From the NCBI GenBank assembly GCA_963771555.1, contig CAVYTM010000001.1, positions 633,064-697,063 of the forward strand: a DNA stretch of 64,000 nt. Direction: 5' to 3'. The stretch's first letter is position 1, and each line of letters starts with the position of its first letter. The translations under genes and the position numbers were made by a program. The notes under the pieces were generated by a model, which saw nothing but the letters and a program-made list of their open reading frames with translations, made no database searches and was not told where the DNA came from. This DNA is from an uncultured Thermoplasmata archaeon. GTDB lineage: Archaea > Thermoplasmatota > Thermoplasmata > Lutacidiplasmatales > UBA184. Positions 17,801 through 26,040 of this stretch are shown piece after piece.

Positions 17801-19930
17801 GAGACCGGCCATCGGTTGCTCGAAGACGCTGGTCCTTTCGGCAGCGAGGGCACGGTGCATCGCTTCCGAAGTGAACGGGAGGATGGGTGCGAGGACCTCC
17901 GAGAGGCCCCGTAGGAGATGGGCGAGCGTCCGGAGGGCCGCCCGCTTGGTGGTCGGGGTCCCCGCCAACGCGAGACGCGGGGCGACGAGCGCCCGGTACT
18001 CCACGAGGTCGTTATCGAGGAATCGGAACGCACGGCGGTGCACGAGCGCCGGCGCCCAGTGGTCGTAGTGAGCGAGCGCGAGGGTCCGGGTGCGTTCCCA
18101 TCGCGCGAGGATCGCGCGATCCTCTACCTCGAGGTCCCCGAGGAACCCTCCGATCGGCCGCGCGAACGCCGCCAGTATCGAGGGGTCGCACATCCCGAGC
18201 ACCTCCTGGGAGAGCACCCACCAGCGCCGGATCCGGTCGGATTCCTGACGACACCGCTCCGCGAAACTTCCCCGAGGGCAATCCGAGAGTCCGGTGCGGA
18301 TGAACGCCGCGCGAACGGCATCCGCGCCGAAGCTGACCACGAGCTCGGGAGCGTCGTTCGCCGCGACCGTCGGGATGACGGTCAGGTTCACCTCGCCGAC
18401 GAAGCCCTGCACTCCCGAGAGTGCGGCCAGGTGATTGACGAGCGAGGGGACGCGTCGGCGTTGCCCTACGTACAGATGGACCGAGTCCCCGTCGGGAAAG
18501 GGGTCAAAACGGGCCCAAGCCGAGAAGGCTCCGCCGCTCGAGGGAAGGAGTCGCCGCTGGATGATCGTCCGTTGACCGCCGCACGGGCAGGCCACGGGGC
18601 CGTCCGGCGCTGCGAGTCGATCGCATCGTGCGCATTCGAGCAGAGCCACTGCGGTGGGGTCCTCGCTGGTGAGCGCTTCGCTGACGGGCCACGGAGCGAC
18701 CTCCGCGAGGTCCGGGAGCGTCTCCTCGGGCAGAAGGCGAGAGAAGAGTTCTCGACGTTCGGGAGGAAGATGGGAAGGTTCGAGGCACCAGGCGCGACCG
18801 GGGGCCCACAGGAGCGACGTACCGCATATCGCGCACCGGGGAACTCCCCGCTTCACGCGCAATCGCGCGAGCAAGGCACCCGCTTCCGAAAGGTCGCGCA
18901 GGACGAATTCGTTGGCGCTCTCGAGGTCGAGGCCCGCGTACTTGTGGAGGAGCGTGAAGTCGAGCGTTCCCTTCGGGGTGACGAGGGGCCAACCGGTGAC
19001 ACCGGTCCGGGCCGCGATCCGGCCATCGGTAGGCCCGTGGCCGGGCACGAGGGGAACGATGCCGGTGCCGGTGTCGGTCACATCGGACGCCCCGAGGATG
19101 GTGCCGCCCGGGGCGGCCAGGTCTCCGCCGATCGGAAACTCATGGCGTAGGGGATAGGAATAGGCCGTTCCCTGGAACGCGCGCCCGGGATGCTCCTCGA
19201 CGATCTCGAGCGAAGCTTCCGGGATCCAGGTACGGAGACGGTCCAGGGACGATTTCGAGGTGAGGACCAACTCTCGGTCGTCCCGCCGTCGATAGCCCGC
19301 GATCACGTACGTGAGGTCCGGGTTCACGAGGAGCGCGCTCGTGCCGAGGAGCTTCCACGGGACATCGACCCAAACGAGGACGTTGACGGTCAGGTCCTTG
19401 AGCCGCACCGGAAAGCGTACGAGGAACGTGTCGCCCTCTCGTTCCTCGTAGATGATGCGTTCGGGACTTCGCGGCGACCCGCACGAGGGGCACATGCGGA
19501 AAGCACCGTCGCGGGTGACCAGAATCCCCTTCGCCGCGAGTCGGCCGACGATCGCCTGGACACCGGCGTGTCGGTCCTCCGAATCCCACGGAGTTGCGCC
19601 GTCTCCTCCGGTCCAGACGCCCAGCGCGGTCAGAAGCGCGGGTACGGCCGAGGTCGCCGTCGGTCCCGCTCCCGTGCCCTGGCGCAGGGTCGCCACCGCG
19701 CGCCGGCCGACGAGCTCGAGGTATCGGGCGTCGACGTCGGCGACCACCGCTCGGTGAGCTACCAGGGAAGGGAAGTCGCCCTGGGTCCACGCTCCGACAT
19801 ACTGCCGGACCGCGGGTCCGCTCGGGGGGCCGAGCACCCCACCCGCCGGGGGCAGCCGCCGTCCCCTCCAGAGGGTGAGGACGTCCCCTTCGACCGAATG
19901 TGCGTTGTAATCGGGAGGGACCGTGTCCAT
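14885..19930 (-). CDS. giant 1681-aa protein: degenerate isoleucyl-tRNA-synthetase-like core (~aa 1-960), HhH motif, ~430-aa Pro/Glu-rich acidic linker, C-terminal ~150-aa domain of unknown function
   Basis: Class-Ia aaRS-like segments: an N-terminal region aligning to the HIGH region but reading GDFPSLVAHRAVVADVDARY (HIGH lost); editing-domain-like LVPGHGPTDGRIAARTG; Zn-knuckle-like RCAICGTSLLWAPGRAWC and CARCD...CPCGG; a KMSKS-equivalent position reading LTVIPTVAANDAPELVVSFGADAVRAAF (KMSKS lost, the FGADAxR motif retained); anticodon-binding-like LDNDLVEYRALVAPRL...LSEVLAPILPFTSEAMHRAL. Then HhH (LLGPSKVAGAWEQGIHSVDDLRHASFETVSELPGFGGPVAEAV). PE-rich low-complexity region over nt ~16510-15220. 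C-terminal globular region FFLEGVEYLVRLHGADVVLNGLVQFDRLARENDARIWVYLAPSL. Confidence 0.7.
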   Translation of the reverse strand: MDTVPPDYNAHSVEGDVLTLWRGRRLPPAGGVLGPPSGPAVRQYVGAWTQGDFPSLVAHRAVVADVDARYLELVGRRAVATLRQGTGAGPTATSAVPALLTALGVWTGGDGATPWDSEDRHAGVQAIVGRLAAKGILVTRDGAFRMCPSCGSPRSPERIIYEEREGDTFLVRFPVRLKDLTVNVLVWVDVPWKLLGTSALLVNPDLTYVIAGYRRRDDRELVLTSKSSLDRLRTWIPEASLEIVEEHPGRAFQGTAYSYPLRHEFPIGGDLAAPGGTILGASDVTDTGTGIVPLVPGHGPTDGRIAARTGVTGWPLVTPKGTLDFTLLHKYAGLDLESANEFVLRDLSEAGALLARLRVKRGVPRCAICGTSLLWAPGRAWCLEPSHLPPERRELFSRLLPEETLPDLAEVAPWPVSEALTSEDPTAVALLECARCDRLAAPDGPVACPCGGQRTIIQRRLLPSSGGAFSAWARFDPFPDGDSVHLYVGQRRRVPSLVNHLAALSGVQGFVGEVNLTVIPTVAANDAPELVVSFGADAVRAAFIRTGLSDCPRGSFAERCRQESDRIRRWWVLSQEVLGMCDPSILAAFARPIGGFLGDLEVEDRAILARWERTRTLALAHYDHWAPALVHRRAFRFLDNDLVEYRALVAPRLALAGTPTTKRAALRTLAHLLRGLSEVLAPILPFTSEAMHRALAAERTSVFEQPMAGLDRALLNDELVAAWDRWWKVLHSVDRFRRSLAVPRTTVLPSLVLVVSADDVGDKLRAEKETLARLAGVQRFEVASPREPWTGRQRTIRPIEAEIQKAYPSQASQIVHLLSRMAPRRWETAAGHEELTVVINGLPRRIFPNMVALSDTLPDRVVPVPCSLGELYLELPAGADFARARAPPLSGDAFWLVRRIERRLRSAGATSGTPTRVALVTAHDPLAPELRAAAEPIARYLGLRELRVVEKSEGAIPPDSMTGRTRTGDRWWIHIPDLPLPPRHEKRPRARVRMERVSTSTAAIPEEFDYSDEKFVAHEEAVRALGQELDDILGVPLLGPSKVAGAWEQGIHSVDDLRHASFETVSELPGFGGPVAEAVFSKLGGIIPPASTRRTRPPPVRAIRAAAPEFRARPVAEPATEASRDFGALEGLRIESPVPAMAETPPSSEPVPPPVRNEIAQPIGATALPSPKADDLAIETAPPAVDVAGPEVHEEADLAAAPEGEIPDASAPPEPVMPSPEVDLEAPVPMAPTEVAESTAPAPLMEETPGPTDIIPPASSIAEMELSPASEPAEPPENPMPELETPSEEETAPIPPLPPEGTQEVEGTEGPSIPSDQVAADSEPLVPEPATPERAPVESAVPGPLPTELVVPEPVPPESVDSVRATLETPPPELASPEPVMNEPTERDSPPDLSPPETPSVPNVLETPSTPGETPPPEEPPEPVRETIPPIPEELPSPEESSTDKPLEGDSPSVLSPIEAAPPVPPESEVSPPVVPPPEMVRPLPPLETELGASEVAPAAPLEAATPSTDAGTTVPPTILSEPIEPEPAAPPSGIELMVGDSLVSSLSGFLEAASAGHHGVCVVRESPERIRARVGSRPVEVFWLTNIGRGPALRPSDLEGAWSFLTKKLLEEQVTAFFLEGVEYLVRLHGADVVLNGLVQFDRLARENDARIWVYLAPSLMKTEDLERFRATFGGAPAPT

Positions 19931-19956
19931 ATCGATAGATCGTTCCCTATCGATAG
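19930..19956 (-). promoter_or_regulatory. two direct copies of the palindrome-containing 9-mer TATCGATAG (19930-19938 and 19948-19956) in the divergent promoter region; the upstream copy sits where a TATA box would lie for the giant gene
   Basis: Read directly from the sequence. This is the lowest-GC segment between the giant gene start (ATG at 19930-19928) and aIF-5A. Each copy contains ATCGAT. Confidence 0.3.
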
Positions 19957-20070
19957 GATACCGGTTCGCGGGATTAAACCCTCGTCGGGGAAACCGGTGG
20001 CCGAGAAGCCCCCCGACCGGGGGAACTCTTATCCTCCCGCAAATCTGCCCGCCACCCGAGGAACGACCCG

Positions 20071-20457
20071 ATGGCCTGGAGCACGCAGGAAGTCCGTGAG
20101 CTCAAAGAGGGCCGTTACATGCTCATCGACGAGGAGCCCTGTCGAATTCTGAGCATCCAGACCTCCAAGCCAGGGAAACACGGCGAGGCGAAAGCGCGGA
20201 TCGACGCAGTCGGACTCTTCGATGGCTCCAAGCGCAGTGTCGTCTACCCCGTGAAGCACAAGGTCCAAGTGCCGTTGATCGGGAAGCGGCAGGCCCAGGT
20301 CCTCTCCATGACCGACGCCGAGGTCCAATTGATGGACCTCGAGTCCTACGAGACATTCAGCCTCCCGCTCGACGCCGAGACCAAGACGCAGGTCGCTCCG
20401 GGCGCCGAGGTCCAGTACCTCGACGCGATGGGAAAACGGCGGATTACCCGCACCTAG
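20071..20457 (+). CDS. eif5a: translation initiation factor 5A (aIF-5A)
   Basis: Hypusination-loop motif [13 protein letters not shown]; OB/SH3-like KOW N-domain; 128 aa. Confidence 0.9.
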   Translation: MAWSTQEVRELKEGRYMLIDEEPCRILSIQTSKPGKHGEAKARIDAVGLFDGSKRSVVYPVKHKVQVPLIGKRQAQVLSMTDAEVQLMDLESYETFSLPLDAETKTQVAPGAEVQYLDAMGKRRITRT

Positions 20458-20504
20458 ACCCATCCTCCGGGAGTCGCCGAGGAGAACGGCGCCCACCTCG
20501 CTTC

Positions 20505-20512
20505 ATTAATAA
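20505..20512 (+). promoter_or_regulatory. AT-rich box (ATTAATAA) followed by AGGAGG, between aIF-5A and the downstream giant helical-repeat gene
   Basis: The only AT-rich element in the 150-nt intergenic region. Could be box A for the downstream gene (TTG start at 20609). Confidence 0.3.
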
Positions 20513-20608
20513 GGAGGACCGGGCATGAAACCGGTGTCCGAAGCGTGCGAAAGCCGCGGTCGGGTCGGCTCAGTTTAGGGGGGTGGTCGCACGACAGGTC
20601 CGGGCGGA

Positions 20609-23600
20609 TTGGGGTCCGTATCGTCGTCCCGCCTCACCCGCATCCTCCAAGAAAAGGCCGAAGCGCTGAAGAAACAGCGGCAAACGGCCGAAGCGACGCT
20701 GAAGGATATCGACGATCAGATCGCGATGCTGGACCAGCTCGGCATCGCTCCGCCGGAAGCGCACGAACGCCAAGTGGCCCTGCGCGAGCTCGCCCGCCGC
20801 GCCGACTGGAACGGCGTGGAGAGTCAGTCCAAGGCCATGACCGATTACCTCTCGAAGACCGTTCCCACGACCATCCAGGAACGTCGAACCCGGACGGCCG
20901 AATCGGTGCGCCGGTTCTCCGGCCTCGGGCTCGTGGTCCCGGCGGAGGTCAACACGGAGCTCGCCGCGCTCGCCCATCCTCCTGAGGGCGAAGCGTGGTC
21001 GGCGACCGTGGCGCGGCTCGCTCACGTGGAAGAGGCGCTCCACACGTCGGAGATGGCCCACGTCAATGAGGTCCGGGAGCGAGCCCTCGCGGTCGCCACC
21101 TGGGCGGGCCTGACCGGGGCCCGTCGGAGCGAGTTCGAAAAGCGTCTCGACGACGCGCTGCTCCCCGTCAAGGAGGACCGTCTCGCCGAAGCGTTCGAGG
21201 GGGTGGACCGACTGCTCCGGACCGGCCTCCCCGAATCCGCCGGCCGCCGCCAGAAGGTCCAGGACGAGGGCACGCGGCTCGTCGCGGCGGCCAAGGAGTT
21301 CGGCGCCCCGACCTCGCATCTGGAAGCGGCGCTCACGGCGGGGGCCGACGCGGCTCCGGACCGGTGGCCCGACGTCGTCCCCACGGCCGAAGTCGCGATC
21401 CGGGAGGTGGGCGAAGCGCTCCGCGAGCGCTGCGTCCAGATCCTCGAGGCGCTGCGCACCTCCCTCGATTCGACCCGGGAGTACGGGTGGACCCCTCCTC
21501 CGCTCGCCTCGCCGTCGACGACGCCTTGTCCCGCATTCGAACTTCACCCGCACTCGAGATCGGTCCGATCTTCCTCGAGGCCCGTCGGGCCGCCGAGGAG
21601 CCGATCGTCACCGTCGTCGCCGGACTTCTCGACGAGGCCCGGCCCCGGATCGCGGACGCCCGTCGATTGGGCCGCGACCCCAGCGAAGTGTTCGCCGCGA
21701 TGAACCGGGCGCGCGAGGCGCTTCGCCTCAAGATCTACTCGGAGGCCTTCGCCGCGAGCCAAGAGGCCCTCGACAAGGTCAGCCGGCTCACGGACGAGCT
21801 CGACACCGCGCGCGACGAGCTCCAATCGCTCGAGGAGATGGCCGCTCGATTCCGAAAGACCGGCTTCTCGGTCGAACCGTTCGACCCCTCGCTCATCCGC
21901 ATCCGAGCTTCGCTCGACCGGGCCGAAGTGACGCAGGCCCGAGAACTGCTGAAGGACACGGTCGTCCACCTCGGGCGCGAAGCCCTCCAGTTCTTCGCCC
22001 AGCGCTGGGCGGGCCTCGACAAGGCCCGAGATTACGCGAGGGAACGCCAATTCCTCTCCCCCGACGCCGACCGGGACATGAACGAAGCACGCGAGCTTCT
22101 CGACAAGGGCGAGCTCGCGGAGAGCGCCGAGCGGATCTCCCGCGCCGAGACGGAGCTCCGCCGGGCGGCGACACCGTATGTGGCGCGCCGCGTGGAAGAG
22201 ATGGAGCAGGGACTTTCCGATATTCCGGACGAGGCGTTGGTCGCCCCGGTCCGCCGACTCCTCGCGGACGCGGACGTGACCCTACGGGTCAAGCAGGACC
22301 TGATGGGCTCGATCGAAAGCCTGCGCCGGGCCGAACGTGAGTTCGGCGCAGTCGTCGCGGCGCACGCCTCCGCGCTGGTCGAGATCCTCGAGGCCGAGCG
22401 CGAGGTGCTCGAGACGATGGGCGGGCCGAGCGACGAGATCCAGCGGCAGATCGACGAGGTCCAGCAGATCTTCAACATGGGGGACTTCGTCAAGGCGTCG
22501 CGGGCCTCGCAGGAGATCCGCACCCGCGCCCAGCAGCAGCAGCTCCTGAGGAGCGAGGAGTCGGTCTCGCACGCCAAGCTCTCGCTCGTCGAGCTCGAGA
22601 CGATGGGGTTCGACCTCACGAAGTTCCGTGGGCAGCTCGACGAAGCGCAGAGCGCGGCACGCGCGGCCCGATTCGCGGACGCCTACCGACTCGCGACGCG
22701 ACTCGAAGAGTCCGCGCTGCGGGCCCGAGCCGCCGGACAAGCGATCCTCGAGGGGATCGCGCGCACGCAGGAAACCCTTGGACGCCTTCGCGAAGGCGGG
22801 GTCGACCCGAATCCGTTCTACGAGCCCCTGCGCAACGTTCGCCTCGCGTTCCAGAGCCTGGACTTCGACCGGGCCCACGCGACGCTCGAAGAGGTCGAGC
22901 ACAAGCTCGGGGACGAGGCCGCGCGAGGCGAAACGACCCGGCTCCTCGGGGACGTGGAACACCTGATCGAGGACGGCCGCCGGCTCTCCTCCCCGATGGA
23001 ACCGTTCCAGGCCCGCCTGGAGCAGCTTCGCACCGAAGCCGCGACCGCTCCTCCCGAGGCGACCCGGACCGGCGCCCGGCTCCTCCACGAGGAGCTCAAC
23101 GCGATCATCCGGCCGATCCTGGACGAGAACCTTCGGGCCCTCGAACGCGACTTGGACATTGCGCGCTCCGCCGGGGTCGACCTCGACAAGATCCTCTTAC
23201 CGCTCGGTGAAGCGCGCCGAAGGATCGCCCTTCCGGTGCCGATCGGCGCGGCGGCGCTGCTCGATGCTGCGCGCGCGGAATTCGTGTCGACGAGGGGCTT
23301 CGTCGAACACGCCGAACGGGTGGCCAAGCGGGCCCGCGAAGCCCTGGCCGAAGCGGACCTTCTCCACGTCCACACTCCCTCGCTGCGAGAACAGATGGAA
23401 CGGATCGACAAGCTGCTCGCGGAGCGCCAGTACGCCCGCGTGGTCGAGCTCGGTGGTCCCCTCGAGCGGGAGCTGATCCAAGCGACCTACCAACACGTAT
23501 CGAAGACCTTGGCGGGGTTCCAGGCGACCGTGACCCGGCTGCGCAAGGAAGGCATCGACACTTCGCTCGCCGAGAATCTCCTCCATCGGGCCCGCATGGC

Positions 23601-25086
23601 GCTCGACGAAGGACGCCCCGTCGAGGCCCTTCAGCTCGCGGGACAGAGCGAAGGCGAGCTCGAACGAGCGGACCTCCAGCGGCGCATCGCGGAAGGCTCG
23701 CTCGCGGCCGCCGAGGCATCCATCGGACGGGCCACCGTGGACGGCATATTGTCTCCCGTCGCCACCGAAGAGCTCGCCGCTGCGAAGCTGGCGTTCCAGG
23801 GCCACGAGTACCCCCCGGTCCTCGAGCACTCCCTCCTCGCCTCCGACGCGCTTGGTATCGCGCGCGAGGGTCACCGCCGAGCTCGGGACGCCCTTGCGGC
23901 GGCGGAACGACAGATTCGCGAGGCGTCCGACGTGGGCGCCGACACCGAGCCCGCGAGCCTGCGAGCCGGCGAAGCTCGCCAGCAGATCGACGCAGGGCTC
24001 TATCCCGACGCGACCCGAGTTGCTCGGGAAGCCACCGAGGAGGCTCGCTGGGCGATCGAGAGGCTCTTCGCGGGCCCGATCGGTGAGCTGCGCCGGAAAC
24101 TCGATTCGGCCCGGCACGAGGGTCTCGGTGCCGAGGTCGACCCGATCGAGGCGATCCTCGGTGAGGCCGAGACCGCCCTCCGCGCCCGGGATTGGGGCCG
24201 CGTCAAGGAGGCCATCGCTCGGGGCGAGGCCGCTTGTGTCCGGATCATCGACGAGATCGTCGACGGCCGGTGGCGCGAAGTCGAGGCGGAGTATGTGCGC
24301 ACTTCCGACGGCCCGCCGGCCGAGGTCGACCGGAGGTCGGAGGTCCGAGTCCAGCTGACGGCGCTCCGCGACCACCACGACTACGGTGCCGCGCTCGTCC
24401 TCGTACGCTCCGAACTCGAGCTCGCCCGCCAACGCCGCCGCGAGGACATCGAGCGACAGATGGCCGAGTTCAAAGATCGCCTCTGGGTCGGTGAGCGACT
24501 CGCCCTCGACACGACCCCGGTCATGCAAACCTTCAGCGAAGCCCGGGTGGCCCTCGATGCCGGCCGTCCGGACGAGGCCGAGGCACTACTGGCCCGGGCG
24601 ACGAGCGCCCTCGAGCCGACGGTCCGCGAGCCGTACACCCGTCGGTGGCGCGAGCTTCAGACGGAGATCAATTTTGCCCAGGAGGGCCTGCACGTCAAGG
24701 TCGGGCCGATCCGGGAACGACTGCAGCAGGTCGAGGAGCTCGACCGTTCGGGCCAACTGCTCGACGCGGCCCGCCTCTTGCTCAAGACCGAGGAGGAGCT
24801 CAACCTGCGAAAGTCGCTCCATCGGGAGCTGATGAATCTCCACTACCTCATCGACGCCGCGCTCACGAAGGCCCACGAACTTCGGGTCGATACGTCCGAG
24901 GCACGGGCGCTGCTCGCGGAGTCCCTGAGGCTGCGAGAGACCGACTATTCCGCCGCGCTCGAGAAGGCGCGCGAGGCCCTACGCAAGTTGCAGAGCGCGG
25001 GTGTCGGAATGGTCGAGGGTGTCGTACCGCCGTCGCCGGCGGCGAACCCGTTCTGGCCTTTCCGACGGCCTCCGTCCGAGCCGTAA
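20609..25086 (+). CDS. very large (~1490 aa if joined) alpha-helical repeat protein of unknown function; frame interrupted at ~21485-21487
   Basis: ORFs 20609-21703 and 21364-25086 overlap by 340 nt in different frames. Adding one G after GAG-TAC-GGG (21485-87) gives the continuous ...LDSTREYGVDPSSARLAVDDALSRI.... The body has at least 13 ~80-aa helical modules anchored by A-L-x-x-G-[DR]-[YFW]-x-x-A (e.g. LRARDWGRVKEAIARGEAA, LDAGRPDEAEALLARATSA, LRETDYSAALEKAREAL). TTG start. Confidence 0.6.
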
Positions 25087-25090
25087 TCGC

Positions 25091-25549
25091 CTACGCGGAC
25101 GACAAGTAGCTGGTGCCGACGGGCGTCGGCGGAAGCCCCGCCGGCCCCCGCGGGGGTCCGAGAGGAAGGCGGTCGTACTCCACCGTGTGCTTGATACCTC
25201 TCCGACGGAGAAGGGTCGATACCTGCTCCGTGATCTGCACGACCTCCTGGCATCGGGCGGGCTTCGCAAAGTAGAACTCGGCGCGTCGTTCGTCCGCGAT
25301 CGGGAAGATGAGGCGAAGGCCAAACGCATCCTGGCGGTTGTATCCCACCGGCTTTCGGTTGCCCTTGAGGTCCCTCAGGTTCTCGTCGAGGAGAACCTCC
25401 GGGAGGAGAGGGTCCGACTCCTTGACGAACGGACGGTTCATTTCGACGACCCGTTTGTGGATCTCGGGGTAGACGCGGACGAGGTCGCGGTACGACCGTT
25501 TCGGGTCCAAGAGGATGTGCCCGCTGCGCGCCTTGACCGGGGGAGTCAC
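25091..25549 (-). CDS. hypothetical protein (152 aa)
   Basis: Protein-like composition (DLVRVYPEIHKRVVEMNRPFVKESDPLLPEVLLDENLRDLKGNRKPVGYNRQDAFGLRLIFPIADERRAEFYFAKPARCQEVVQITEQ). The antisense ORF 25001-25576 and the overlapping Arg-rich ORF 24945-25679 were judged less likely. Function not recognised. Confidence 0.35.
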   Translation of the reverse strand: MTPPVKARSGHILLDPKRSYRDLVRVYPEIHKRVVEMNRPFVKESDPLLPEVLLDENLRDLKGNRKPVGYNRQDAFGLRLIFPIADERRAEFYFAKPARCQEVVQITEQVSTLLRRRGIKHTVEYDRLPLGPPRGPAGLPPTPVGTSYLSSA

Positions 25550-25790
25550 GACCAGGAATCGAACCCGGGGTCTTAGGGGCTTCGGGGTCCTCCCGCGACG
25601 CCCCGAACCACGGAAGTGGGGTCGATTTGGCGGTCCCCCTTCGGTACGTGACGTTCTCGGACCTGCGGATGAAATCCACCGCTCGGATGGCGTTTGGTCA
25701 CTACTTTGGGGATGGGAGAGACGTGGGATCGCTAGTGGTTGGTCCCGGCGTCGAAAGGCTCAAAGAGGCTGCCCGCTACCGACTCCGGGC

Positions 25791-25892
25791 GCTCCCGTAG
25801 TCTAGTGGTCAAGGATAGAGGCCTCTCGAGCCTCTGACGCGGGTTCAAAACCGGCCGGCAACGACCGGCTGGGGAAACTCCCGCCGGGAGCA
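25791..25892 (+). tRNA. tRNA-Glu (anticodon CUC) with a ~29-nt non-canonical intron in the T-loop/T-stem junction
   Basis: Acceptor GCTCCCG/CGGGAGC plus discriminator A (archaeal tRNA-Glu-like GCTCC...GGAGCA). D-arm GTCT-AGTGGTCAA-GGAT. Anticodon arm GAGGC-CTCTCGA-GCCTC (U33, CUC, R37). T-stem GCGGG, loop TTCAAAA. The 3' T-stem CCCGC is contiguous with the 3' acceptor only after skipping ~25851-25879 (intron contains the hairpin GCCGG-CAACGA-CCGGC). No intron-less fold satisfies the acceptor pairing. Confidence 0.65.
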
Positions 25893-26040
25893 CCTCGCCC
25901 GCCCTTCCGCGCTGACCGAGAACCCGCCCGAGGGCGGTCACTCTCGAAGACACGGGGTTCCCGGCGCCCCAATCCGTGCAATCGCCCCGACCTTCCCCAA
26001 GGGTGAGGTCCTTATCTGTGGGTCGCCGTTCGAACTATCC

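Noticed and set aside
17918-19150. 410-aa plus-strand ORF
   Set aside because: It is antisense to the IleRS-like core, Arg/Glu-rich, and has no recognisable motifs.
20525-20578. 17-codon ATG ORF after the AGGAGG downstream of aIF-5A
   Set aside because: It ends at a TAG 30 nt before the TTG start of the large gene and is too short to support. It is more likely part of the 5' region or promoter.
24945-25679. 244-aa minus-strand ORF and the antisense 191-aa ORF 25001-25576
   Set aside because: The 244-aa frame is Arg/Pro/Gly-rich. The 152-aa frame (25091-25549) has the most protein-like composition. The antisense 191-aa ORF remains a weaker alternative.
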